Shown here: positions 45,958 to 55,063 of the stretch, one piece after another
Layout: each line of letters opens with the position of its first letter
How positions within the stretch are numbered: the first letter of the stretch is position 1
Source: a virus
DNA length: 64,000 nucleotides
Reading direction: 5' to 3' (one strand)
Virus record (IMG/VR): IMGVR_UViG_3300005805_000042
Notes under the pieces: model-generated
The model's input: the letters and a program-made list of their open reading frames with translations, nothing else
Databases searched by the model: none
What the model was told of the DNA's origin: nothing
Program-made: the position numbers and the translations under genes

Positions 45958-46446
45958 CTATGAGAATTCAGTTGATGTAGAAACCCGAAGACCATCAAGG
46001 TATTCCTCGTGTTTACGATTCAAAATAAAACCACCACGGTCAGGATTTTCCTTATGGTAAGTTTCAATGTCCCATCCGTTTTCCTGACCCCATTGAAGAG
46101 CCATTTGGATAAATTCTTCTTGACCCATAAGTTCTCCGTATTCATCAACCACACGACCATTTCGGATAAACTCAAAGAGTTCTTCTTTGGTCTTATAGTG
46201 TTTTGAATCATTCCAATTCCACAGGAACTTCCAACCCGAACTTCGTTTACCCAAATGAATATTGGTTCCATCCAAAAATTCTTCCCAAGGTGACATGTAA
46301 TCCCACTCACCAACTGATATTGAACGAAATCCTCGTTCGATTTGAGACGGATTGATTGAATCCATCTCATTGATACGCCGTCTCAGTTTTTGCTCTCGCT
46401 TTATCATTTCATCACCTTTCGGTACTCTGTAATAGTTAGTTCCCAT
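45958..46446 (-). CDS. Hypothetical protein (MGTNYY..IHLGKRSSGWKF motif)
   Basis: 162 aa. Confidence 0.75.
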   Translation of the reverse strand: MGTNYYRVPKGDEMIKREQKLRRRINEMDSINPSQIERGFRSISVGEWDYMSPWEEFLDGTNIHLGKRSSGWKFLWNWNDSKHYKTKEELFEFIRNGRVVDEYGELMGQEEFIQMALQWGQENGWDIETYHKENPDRGGFILNRKHEEYLDGLRVSTSTEFS

Positions 46447-46474
46447 AGTTTATTTTTTTTACAAAGTTAACAAA

Positions 46475-47119
46475 TTATTCTTCTTCGTCCTCATCCCAAT
46501 CATCGTCGTTGTCAAGGTCATCCATTGTAAAGAGTTCTACAGTCAGACTCTTACCCCTAAAGTATTCTTCATCAAAACTTCGCTCGAGTTCAATTCCCTT
46601 GAAAAATACTTTTGAAACAAGTTCTTCTTCGTATTCGGGTGTTTCCATAGATTGAACGGTCACCGCAAAATCTGTTGGTTTTGGTTCTTCTTCGGACTCA
46701 ATTTCAAGATTAAACATTGTTCCTTTAACTGTCTCATAAACCAAAAGAATGTTTTCTTTACCTTCATGAGGATATGCATCGATTTCTTTAGCGTGGTCAT
46801 CGGCGTTTTCAGGATATTCAAAATTTTCCATTGTTCGGTCTAAATCTGCGAACTTAACATCCCAAATCACCTCGTCCTTTTCGTTCACCAAAACAAAATG
46901 ACAACTGTCATTAGCAAGAGCAGTTGTGGTAACCCAATAATTGGTCATGTAATGGTCGTAGTCTTCCAAAATTTCAGGAAGGTCCATATACATTTCATCC
47001 AAAGTTTTATGTCCTTCTTTTTCTTTGAAAGACAGAATTGCTTGGACTTCTTCGTCTGTTAGAGTGTGGGCGGAGCCGTCCATTCCGTATCCGTTCACTA
47101 ATAATTTGTATTTTGCCAT
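46475..47119 (-). CDS. Hypothetical acidic protein
   Basis: 214 aa; TATCTTTG at 47143-47150. Confidence 0.7.
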   Translation of the reverse strand: MAKYKLLVNGYGMDGSAHTLTDEEVQAILSFKEKEGHKTLDEMYMDLPEILEDYDHYMTNYWVTTTALANDSCHFVLVNEKDEVIWDVKFADLDRTMENFEYPENADDHAKEIDAYPHEGKENILLVYETVKGTMFNLEIESEEEPKPTDFAVTVQSMETPEYEEELVSKVFFKGIELERSFDEEYFRGKSLTVELFTMDDLDNDDDWDEDEEE

Positions 47120-47175
47120 AATTTAAAATTTTATCTTAACCACAAAGATACTAAAAATTTTTTTAAAGACAAAAT

Positions 47176-48639
47176 TTATTCTTCATTGTACAAATAATAA
47201 TCTCCATAACCTCTGTATCCATCGGGTAATTTGTATAAAAATTTTTGTTCCCAAAGGGTTTCGACATCTTTTTCAAAGTAAGGATACATTATAAATGAAG
47301 GTAACTTAGGTTCTTTAGATAAGATTACCTCTAAATTTAAATGTTGTACATTACCCCACTTTAAGAAAAGAATCTGACTGCTTACGACATGATAATCATA
47401 AGAGGCAAAATGATTTTCGTCCAATCTTTGATATCCTGTCAATGTTTCTTTTATGGGATTATCATTTTTATCGATTGCATTATGTAAAAAATTGTGCCAA
47501 TAATCATTAATTGAAACTTTTTCTGTGTGGTATTTCACCGCCCTAAAAAAATAATCCCTTTCCTGATATCCAATCCCACAAAATCTTTCATCCCATAGAC
47601 CAATCCTACGGATGGCATTTGGAGTGTAACTAACAAAATTATCGCCAGAACCACAAGTTACTAAATCGTATTGTTCGTGTAATTTGATTGTTTTATTTAT
47701 AAAATGATTTGAAAAAATTGTATCATCTTGACAAGTAATTAAAATATCACAATGAGGGTCATTTAAATCTGTAAATCCATTGAGGATTGCTTGATTCCAA
47801 TTCCGAGATAAATGTCCCGTTGAAAAATCAGGTCTGAGTTCGTTATTTAAAATGGTGACTTTATCGACGTAGTTTTCATTAAGAACAAAATTTGAGTGAT
47901 TGTTGATTATAAAAATTTGTAAATTAGATAATTCTTGTTGATTAACATTAAAAAAAATAGAGTCTAAACATTCGTTTAACAATACAGGGTTGTTATAGGT
48001 TACAATAAAAATTTTGATTTTTTTCTCCCTAACAAAATGAATATTAACTTCATTACCTAAGTGGTCGTTGTTAGTGACAGCAACTATTTTGAATCCATTA
48101 TCAATTAAAAATTGTTGTGTCTCTTCTAATGTATTTTGACCATAGTAAAGAATATTTGGTTTTGCTGCGGCTTCAACCATTCCTTCTTTGACAATAGAAA
48201 GAAAATTCCCCATTCCCTTCAAGACTTTCAAATCAAAACCTTGAGTATCGACATGTAAAAAATCGATTTTGGGTATTTTATTTTTTTCAATGTAATTATC
48301 TAATCTTATCACCTTAACTTCCTCTTGGTTTGTAACCACAAAATCTTCACGGCCATCCCAATCAGTTTGAGATTTATCGGAAAATTGTAAAATTGAACTA
48401 CAACCCCAATCCGCTTGACCTGCAACATTTAAAAGCGTGAATTTTTCTTCATCACCAACAGCAAAAGGGGTGTAGTGAAAATTTTTAAGGTGTGAATATG
48501 TTTTTCTTATATGTTCGAAAAAACGAGAGGTAGGTTCAAACGCATGTAAATGAGTAGTCGAGTTGTCTTTGACTTCTTGGATGAAATTTGAACAATCGTT
48601 GGCGCCGACATCAAAAATAATTTTTTTTGGTGGTAACAT
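47176..48639 (-). CDS. FkbM-family methyltransferase fused to a GT2-like glycosyltransferase
   Basis: IIFDVGAN, AFEP, IDFLHVDTQGFDLKVL; then IFIVTYNN, ITCQDD, IGLWDERF. Confidence 0.85.
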   Translation of the reverse strand: MLPPKKIIFDVGANDCSNFIQEVKDNSTTHLHAFEPTSRFFEHIRKTYSHLKNFHYTPFAVGDEEKFTLLNVAGQADWGCSSILQFSDKSQTDWDGREDFVVTNQEEVKVIRLDNYIEKNKIPKIDFLHVDTQGFDLKVLKGMGNFLSIVKEGMVEAAAKPNILYYGQNTLEETQQFLIDNGFKIVAVTNNDHLGNEVNIHFVREKKIKIFIVTYNNPVLLNECLDSIFFNVNQQELSNLQIFIINNHSNFVLNENYVDKVTILNNELRPDFSTGHLSRNWNQAILNGFTDLNDPHCDILITCQDDTIFSNHFINKTIKLHEQYDLVTCGSGDNFVSYTPNAIRRIGLWDERFCGIGYQERDYFFRAVKYHTEKVSINDYWHNFLHNAIDKNDNPIKETLTGYQRLDENHFASYDYHVVSSQILFLKWGNVQHLNLEVILSKEPKLPSFIMYPYFEKDVETLWEQKFLYKLPDGYRGYGDYYLYNEE

Positions 48640-48646
48640 TTTTTAT

Positions 48647-48916
48647 TTAAAATATAGATGCCGCGTCGTCAGATTCAAGTAAAACTTTGATTCCCAAATA
48701 TTTTTCACAAACCTCATAAAAGTCTTCCACCTTTGTTTTTGTCAAATCATGAGGGTTATCAATTGTTAGGTAGAAACCTGATTTGCTTTCAAAGATAGAT
48801 TTTTCTTCGTTGTACTCAAAATATGCCATTTTTCTGTATCCACGATACTTGGCTTCAGGTAGAAATTTATCAAACATTGTTTGAAATGGTGGTTTAAAAA
48901 ATGAACCTTTTGTCAT
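48647..48916 (-). CDS. Hypothetical protein
   Basis: Start moved to MTKGSFF, downstream of tRNA-Ile. Confidence 0.55.
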   Translation of the reverse strand: MTKGSFFKPPFQTMFDKFLPEAKYRGYRKMAYFEYNEEKSIFESKSGFYLTIDNPHDLTKTKVEDFYEVCEKYLGIKVLLESDDAASIF

Positions 48917-48918
48917 AG

Positions 48919-48991
48919 TTGTGTGAATGGGATTCGAACCCATGACCTGAATGGTATAAGCATTCTACTCTCACCACTGAGCTACCACACA
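48919..48991 (-). tRNA. tRNA-Ile(TAT)
   Basis: Cloverleaf, GAATG-CTTATAC-CATTC. Confidence 0.88.
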
Positions 48992-48997
48992 AATTTG

Positions 48998-49083
48998 TAC
49001 CTCGGGCGGGAATCGAACCCGCACAGACATTACTGTCCGAGGGATTTTAAGTCCCTTGCGTCTACCTGTTTCGCCACCGAGGC
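48998..49083 (-). tRNA. tRNA-Leu(TAA), no intron
   Basis: AGGGA-CTTAAAA-TCCCT, long variable arm. Confidence 0.95.
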
Positions 49084-49114
49084 TAATAATACCACAAATA
49101 TAAGGAAGAAATTT

Positions 49115-49819
49115 TTAGAAATCAAACTCCAGAATCGTATCTGAAGCACTTTCATAAATATTTTCAACATGATTGATTGTTACAGACTTGTCTCCCAAAT
49201 CAAAAACAACAAAACCCTGTGCACCTTCGTTATTTTCCCAACCACCAGGAAGATTTTGGTCAATTAATCTTTCAACTATGGGTGGTGTATCAAAATATTG
49301 ACCTTCAACCATAAAAGTATCCGAAACTGCGCCACTATCACCACTACCTTCATATGAAACCTCGATTTGTTGAATTTTTTTATCACCCATAACACCAATC
49401 AAAGATTCATAAGCCTCATCAGGGAGCTCTAACTCGAATATTTGTTCATCACTCTGAGTCCAATAGTCTAATTGCGTATTTACTGAAATTTTTCGTTGCC
49501 GTAGGTCCATTATAATAGATAATTCATAATTTGATGCCTCATCAGAATCAATGGTATTTAGTATTTTATTAAAACTTACTAAAACTTCAGGTTCAATTTT
49601 TTCTTCATAGAATTTAAAAAGAAAATCTCTGATTTTTGTTGGAATAGTCAAACTTTCCCCCATAAAATTCATATCAGTGTCAAAATCTTCTTCAGAAATA
49701 TTCAGCTCGTCCCAAGGGTTATCATCAAAGTTAAAGTCCCATCTTAAATATTTTCTTCCCACAGATTTTCCATATTTCCACAGAAAGTTTAACATTCTTT
49801 GTTCTTCAGTTGTCCACAT
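49115..49819 (-). CDS. Hypothetical protein (DUF6878-like C-terminus)
   Basis: VSYEGSGDSG..GWENNEGAQG motif; TATAAATA at 49824-49831. Confidence 0.7.
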   Translation of the reverse strand: MWTTEEQRMLNFLWKYGKSVGRKYLRWDFNFDDNPWDELNISEEDFDTDMNFMGESLTIPTKIRDFLFKFYEEKIEPEVLVSFNKILNTIDSDEASNYELSIIMDLRQRKISVNTQLDYWTQSDEQIFELELPDEAYESLIGVMGDKKIQQIEVSYEGSGDSGAVSDTFMVEGQYFDTPPIVERLIDQNLPGGWENNEGAQGFVVFDLGDKSVTINHVENIYESASDTILEFDF

Positions 49820-49831
49820 AAATTATAAATA

Positions 49832-50185
49832 TCAATCAGCCGACTCAATTTTTAATGTCCGTGTCATCCAAATTGGTTTAGGATTAGTCTGCAACCCAAT
49901 AATCCATTCCTTTGCTGTTGGAATATAGTTGTTACAGTCTTCCTTGACATGTTGTTCACCAACATATCGAGTGTACACGGTACGACTATCAGAGTTGACA
50001 AAAGATACTCCAAATACTCTTTCCATCTCAAAAATACCTTCACTATGGTGACGAAAGATTCTATGTAAAGAATCTCCGAACCAACCTTTAGTTTCATCCA
50101 TCCACTGATGTAGATGATGATAATCCTCGGGTTTACCACCAAATTTTCTCGCAGATGATTTTGAATGTTCAAATGGGTGAGCCAT
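49832..50185 (-). CDS. Hypothetical protein (DUF6915-like)
   Basis: MAHPFEHSKSSARKFGG..HR..RHHSEGIF..GEQHVKED. Confidence 0.75.
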   Translation of the reverse strand: MAHPFEHSKSSARKFGGKPEDYHHLHQWMDETKGWFGDSLHRIFRHHSEGIFEMERVFGVSFVNSDSRTVYTRYVGEQHVKEDCNNYIPTAKEWIIGLQTNPKPIWMTRTLKIESAD

Positions 50186-50331
50186 TAAGATAATTGTTTC
50201 ACGGTGTATTTGTTTCCACTCAAAGAGTTGGACTCAAACAATTTTGCAATTTTATCCGCAGACTCGAAAGTCTCGAATTCAATGGGTATACCCTCACTGT
50301 CGTTTACCAAAATTGTTATTTTTTGGCTCAT
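50185..50331 (-). CDS. Small hypothetical protein (48 aa)
   Basis: MSQKITILVNDSEGIPIEF..; TAATG overlap with the next gene. Confidence 0.6.
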   Translation of the reverse strand: MSQKITILVNDSEGIPIEFETFESADKIAKLFESNSLSGNKYTVKQLS

Positions 50332-50477
50332 AACCGAAGTTTCTTTCAGAATAATATAAGACATAAATTTAGATGCTTGTTACGGTGTTACAATGAATCA
50401 TAATCTCAACTTTTAAATCTTGACTGAAGGCAAAAAACAATTCGTTGATAAATTTTTTCATAGTTTTAAAAATTTTG

Positions 50478-50537
50478 TAGGGGTGACAGGTCTCAAACCT
50501 ACGAATCCACGCGGTCCTAAACCTGAGATACACCCCT
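50478..50537 (-). pseudogene. Degenerate tRNA, Trp-like acceptor
   Basis: AGGGGTG/CACCCCT acceptor; own TATATTTG promoter at 50547-50554. Confidence 0.5.
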
Positions 50538-50564
50538 AATTACCCACAAATATAGAAAGAAAAA

Positions 50565-50765
50565 CTAAAGAGACAACTTTTGTTGTGCCTTTCTTTCAGC
50601 AACTTTCTGTTCGTGAAGTCGTTCATATGCCTTACTTGCGGCATCGGCACGATTCATTTTGGGGTCTTTCTGTATAATAGAAGAAGTCTCCATTCTCCAT
50701 TCCTCAAAAAAACCTTTTTGGTAGGCATCAAAACCATAAGATTCGTACATTTTCTCAGTTGTCAT
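50565..50765 (-). CDS. Hypothetical protein
   Basis: 66 aa. Confidence 0.6.
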   Translation of the reverse strand: MTTEKMYESYGFDAYQKGFFEEWRMETSSIIQKDPKMNRADAASKAYERLHEQKVAERKAQQKLSL

Positions 50766-50840
50766 TTCAATTACCCTGTTTATATTAAATATAATAAAAT
50801 TTTAAAAATTAATACACTAAATTATGAATATTTATGGTGT

Positions 50841-50945
50841 ATGTACAGTTTTTGGAACACATTATCATCTAAATTATTTAATAAACTCGCTCGTTTTCAA
50901 ATTAAATTTAAACGATGTGTCTTACGGGACCTGAAACAATATTGA
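50841..50945 (+). CDS. Small basic late protein (34 aa)
   Basis: TATTTAT at 50829-50835, ORF MYSFWNTLSSKLF.., then a terminator. Confidence 0.55.
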   Translation: MYSFWNTLSSKLFNKLARFQIKFKRCVLRDLKQY

Positions 50946-50951
50946 AATATC

Positions 50952-50976
50952 AAAGGGGTCTTCGGGCCCCTTTTTT
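50952..50976 (+). terminator. Intrinsic terminator
   Basis: AAGGGGTC-TTCG-GGCCCCTT followed by a T run. Confidence 0.85.
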
Positions 50977-51005
50977 ATTCTTGTTTTTTTTAATATATTT
51001 GTCAC

Positions 51006-51494
51006 ATGCAAAAAGTACTTGTTTTGAACTTTGACTACTCACCACTGAATGTCACATCAGTTCAGAGGGGGTTTATTTTGGTCGTAAATGGAAAAGCTGA
51101 AATTATCAAATCAGCCGAAAATCCTATTACCACTTTTACCCACACATATGTACGACCTTTAATAATTCGTCTTTTAAAATACATAAACTACAGAGGTTCA
51201 GGAATCAGAGTAAATCGACACCGAGTTTTTAGAAGAGATAATAATGAATGTGTTTATTGTGGCTCCAAAAAAGAATTGACAATTGACCATGTTATACCAC
51301 GCTCAAAAGGTGGAAAAAATACATGGGACAATTTAGTCACTTGTTGCCAAAATTGTAATTTAAAAAAGGGAAATAAGACTCCTGATGAGGCACGAATGCC
51401 ATTAAGACGGAAACCATATCAACCTAATTTTGTGGACGAAGAAACAACTTTGAATGATGTTTGGGACAGTTTCAAAGAAACCTTTTTTTCTTAA
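51006..51494 (+). CDS. HNH endonuclease
   Basis: RDNNECVYCG...LTIDHVIPRSKGG..WDNLVTCCQNCNLKKG. Confidence 0.93.
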   Translation: MQKVLVLNFDYSPLNVTSVQRGFILVVNGKAEIIKSAENPITTFTHTYVRPLIIRLLKYINYRGSGIRVNRHRVFRRDNNECVYCGSKKELTIDHVIPRSKGGKNTWDNLVTCCQNCNLKKGNKTPDEARMPLRRKPYQPNFVDEETTLNDVWDSFKETFFS

Positions 51495-51527
51495 AGATTT
51501 TTTCTAATATTAAAGAAAAAAATATAC

Positions 51528-51788
51528 ATGAATACAAATAACCCACTCAGTCATCAAGATTTGATGAACGCCTCACTTTTGTTTTCCAAAGCACTCTCCT
51601 TAATTTTAGATGACAAACAAGGTATTGTTGTTGATATTGTCCCCGATTCGGGTGTTGACATGGGAGAAAACACAACCAAAGTTGTTATTTACCGTTTGGA
51701 AAATCAAATTCACGTGCAAAATTTAGAAATGGATATTGTTGAAGGAACTATAGTAGCTCTTAGTGATAAAGATAAAACTGAAAATTAA
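51528..51788 (+). CDS. Hypothetical protein
   Basis: 86 aa. Confidence 0.65.
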   Translation: MNTNNPLSHQDLMNASLLFSKALSLILDDKQGIVVDIVPDSGVDMGENTTKVVIYRLENQIHVQNLEMDIVEGTIVALSDKDKTEN

Positions 51789-51795
51789 TAAAAAT

Positions 51796-53463
51796 ATGAC
51801 AGTCTTAGGTTTCTCCGTTGGGCACGATAAAGGTGCTGTAATAATCAAAAATGGTCAAGTAATTGTTGGAATAACACAAGAAAGACTCACAAGAAGAAAA
51901 CATGATGGAGCATTCACAGGTGGTGCAATTCCTGTGGAGTCTATTATGTATTGTCTTTCCGTATTGGATATTACCGTAGATGATTTAGACCTCATTGTTT
52001 ACAGTTCAACTGAATTGGTCGATAACACATACGAACTTTTCAATAAAATCTTCCAAGTACCAAAAAAGAAACTTGTGTTCATGCCTCATCATTTGGCTCA
52101 CGCATATTCTTCTTTCTTTTCTTCAGGTTTCGATGAAGCTGCAGTTATTGTCGCAGATGCATCGGGTTCAATTTTAAATCATAAAACTAAACTTGGTGAA
52201 TGGTATCCCGAAAAATCACATGAAGGACTCAATGAGGGTGAAGATTGGACTGAAGGTATTTCTTTGTATCATTTTACCAGAAGTGGTCATAGTGAAGTTT
52301 ATAAGAAATGGATAAAATATCCCGTACCCCTTGAAAGTAATGATGGAGTGTCGTTAGGCACTATGTATTCACAGGGATGTTTACAATTGATATATGAACC
52401 CAACAGTAATGTTTGGCCGGCAGGTAAACTTATGGGATTGGCTTCATATGCAAATTCAGAATTTGTAAAGAATTTCCCTGAATACATAAAATATGAAAAC
52501 GATGACATTCATATACCAAACGGTGGGATTCTTCCACATATTACTTGGAGAAATGATTTTCAAACTAAAGCTAATGTTGCAGGGGTTTATCAAAGAGAAC
52601 AAGAAAAGGCATCCCTGATATTGGCAGATATGATTAAAAAACGCACAAACTCAAATAATGTTTGTACTGCAGGGGGTTCTTTTTTGAATTGTAATTCTAA
52701 TGAAATTATCATAAATTCAGGACTATTCGAAAATACATTTTTTGTTCCTCCAGCTGATGACAGTGGTATCCCCCTTGGATGTGCGTGGTACGCATATCAA
52801 CAAGTTGCTGAAATTCAACAAACATTTCCATTGTGGCCCTACTTTGGTAAAAAGTATTCAAATAGAGATGTTGAAGAAGCTACGAGTAAATTTCCAAACC
52901 TCCGAGTAGAATATTGGGATAATTTTGATGATATTGTTGAAACCATAACTGACAGACTTGTTGAAAATAAAGTTATCGGATGGTTTCAAGGAGGTTCTGA
53001 AATTGGACCTAGAGCTTTGGGAAATCGTTCAATTATTGCGTCACCCACATCAAAATGGATGAAAGACAGAGTTAACCATGACCATAAACATAGAGAATGG
53101 TATCGTCCCTTTGCACCTGCAGTAATTTTTGATTTACAAAAAGAAATATTTCAAACTGACTACTTTTCTCCATTTATGTTGGTTACTGCAACTGTGTCAG
53201 ATGAATGGAAAGAAAGAATTCCTGCGGTAGTCCATATCGATGGGTCCGCAAGATTTCAATCTGTCACACCAAAAAGTAATGAAAAGTTTTTTAAACTTAT
53301 AAATAAATTTTACGAAAAAACTGGAATCCCTGTTTTGTTGAACACTAGCTACAATGGTGGTCACGAACCAATGATTGAAACACCCTTTGATGCTATTAAA
53401 TCTTTTTTAGATTGTAATTTAGATTTTCTAATAGCTGAAAATTATATTATTAGTAAAAATTAA
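51796..53463 (+). CDS. Carbamoyltransferase (NodU/CmcH family) 1
   Basis: HD.GA..., QERLTRRKH, HHLAHAYS, GKLMGLASY, GPRALGNRS, RPFAP, LLNTSYN. Confidence 0.93.
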   Translation: MTVLGFSVGHDKGAVIIKNGQVIVGITQERLTRRKHDGAFTGGAIPVESIMYCLSVLDITVDDLDLIVYSSTELVDNTYELFNKIFQVPKKKLVFMPHHLAHAYSSFFSSGFDEAAVIVADASGSILNHKTKLGEWYPEKSHEGLNEGEDWTEGISLYHFTRSGHSEVYKKWIKYPVPLESNDGVSLGTMYSQGCLQLIYEPNSNVWPAGKLMGLASYANSEFVKNFPEYIKYENDDIHIPNGGILPHITWRNDFQTKANVAGVYQREQEKASLILADMIKKRTNSNNVCTAGGSFLNCNSNEIIINSGLFENTFFVPPADDSGIPLGCAWYAYQQVAEIQQTFPLWPYFGKKYSNRDVEEATSKFPNLRVEYWDNFDDIVETITDRLVENKVIGWFQGGSEIGPRALGNRSIIASPTSKWMKDRVNHDHKHREWYRPFAPAVIFDLQKEIFQTDYFSPFMLVTATVSDEWKERIPAVVHIDGSARFQSVTPKSNEKFFKLINKFYEKTGIPVLLNTSYNGGHEPMIETPFDAIKSFLDCNLDFLIAENYIISKN

Positions 53464-53470
53464 TTTTATT

Positions 53471-55063
53471 ATGAGTGTAATCTATGGACTTTACGCAGCA
53501 GGACATAGTCCATCAACAACTTTGATTGTTGACGGTGAAATAATACATGCTGTAGAAGAAGAGAGAATCAAACGAATTAAATCGGGAGAAGACTATGGTG
53601 CGTACCCCGATTTATCACTAAAGGCTGTCGAAGATAGAACTAATATAAAACTCAAAGATGCTGATTATGTAGTTTTTGCTGAGCCCGCACCACCGGTATA
53701 TGCTAGGAGACTAACTAATGATAATTATTCTAAAGTGTCTCACCACCGTGCACATAATACCGCAGCTTATTTTACAAGTGGAATGGAAGGAAAAGTACTT
53801 TCAATTTCATACGATGGTGGTGGAGAATCTTCTTTTATGAGAGTATATGCATGTGAGGACGGTAAGATGAATGAAGTTCACCGATTATCGGGAACTAACT
53901 CTGGAAGTCTTTCACAACTTTGGGGATTTATAACAAATTGGATGATGGGTCGTAATTCAAATTGTAGGTTTCAATGGATAATGTGTAAGGATGAAGGTAA
54001 GGTCATGGGAATGGCACCTGATGGTTATTACGATGAAAGAATTCAAAAAATTCTACATAGTATCCTATCATATAATGATTTAAAATTTTATCCTTCGGGA
54101 ACTGACCAAAAAACTAAGTTTGTTATGGAACGATTACTCGAAGAAGGTTTTTTTGACACTCTTAAAAAACGAGAAGTTTTCAGTTTCAATTTACAATACT
54201 TTACTGAGGAATTGATGTTGAGATTTATCGACGACCTACACAAGAAAATGCCCGACTACAAGAAACTTTGTTTTTCAGGTGGTCTTTTTGCGAATGTTAA
54301 ACTGAATCAAAAAATAAATGAATTACCGTGGGTTGAAGAAATATACATTCTTCCTCCAATGGGTGATGAAGGACTTTCTTTAGGTGCTGCAATTCATAAA
54401 GCAGTTGAATTAGGTGAAATTACAAAACCAATAAAACTTAAAAATGTTTATTTTGGTTTCGATTATTCAGATGAAGAAGTTATAAATTTGGCAACAAAAC
54501 ATGACTTTTTAGTAAAAAAATATATTGTTGATGAAATTGCGACGGATTTAAATAAAGGTTTGATTATTGGATGGTTTCAAGGTAAAATGGAACTTGGACC
54601 ACGTTCCTTGGGTGCGAGGAGTATTTTGGTAAGACCTACAGATTACAATACCCACGCAGAGTTAAATCGAAGATTGAAAAGATATGATACAATGCCTTTT
54701 GCACCAATGATAATGGGTGAGTTTTTTGAAACGGTTTTCCCGACCGCAAAATCCAAGTATGCCGCTCAGTTTATGACTTTAACATTTCCAACCCATGAAC
54801 CATGGATTTATAAAATTCCCGCAGTAATTCAGAAATCGGATAAAACTGCCAGACCTCAGGTAGTGGAAAAAGAAAATCTTCCCAAAGTTTGGGAACTTAT
54901 GAATTCGTACTATGAACTCTCAGGTATCCCATTACTACTTAACACCTCATTCAATGCTCATAACGAACCCATTATTGAGCACCCCGAAAATGCTTTTGTT
55001 CACCTTAAAAATAAAGTGATTGATAAATTAGTTATTGGAGATTATGTATACGAAAATAAATAA
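53471..55063 (+). CDS. Carbamoyltransferase (NodU/CmcH family) 2
   Basis: EEERIKRIK, HH.AH, EGKVMGMAP, GGLFANV, GPRSLGARS, LLNTSFN. Confidence 0.93.
   Translation: MSVIYGLYAAGHSPSTTLIVDGEIIHAVEEERIKRIKSGEDYGAYPDLSLKAVEDRTNIKLKDADYVVFAEPAPPVYARRLTNDNYSKVSHHRAHNTAAYFTSGMEGKVLSISYDGGGESSFMRVYACEDGKMNEVHRLSGTNSGSLSQLWGFITNWMMGRNSNCRFQWIMCKDEGKVMGMAPDGYYDERIQKILHSILSYNDLKFYPSGTDQKTKFVMERLLEEGFFDTLKKREVFSFNLQYFTEELMLRFIDDLHKKMPDYKKLCFSGGLFANVKLNQKINELPWVEEIYILPPMGDEGLSLGAAIHKAVELGEITKPIKLKNVYFGFDYSDEEVINLATKHDFLVKKYIVDEIATDLNKGLIIGWFQGKMELGPRSLGARSILVRPTDYNTHAELNRRLKRYDTMPFAPMIMGEFFETVFPTAKSKYAAQFMTLTFPTHEPWIYKIPAVIQKSDKTARPQVVEKENLPKVWELMNSYYELSGIPLLLNTSFNAHNEPIIEHPENAFVHLKNKVIDKLVIGDYVYENK

Noticed and set aside
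48998-49083. Group I intron in tRNA-Leu(UAA), a common site
   Set aside because: The anticodon loop is uninterrupted; the IC3-like intron is in the tmRNA instead.
48923-49144. 73-aa + strand ORF
   Set aside because: It is the antisense of tRNA-Ile and tRNA-Leu.
50194-50403. 69-aa + strand ORF
   Set aside because: It is the shadow of a better minus-strand gene (50185-50331) that is coupled to its downstream neighbour.
50580-50840. Long N-terminal part of ORF 50580..50945
   Set aside because: It overlaps the antisense gene 50565-50765; the late motif supports a start at 50841.
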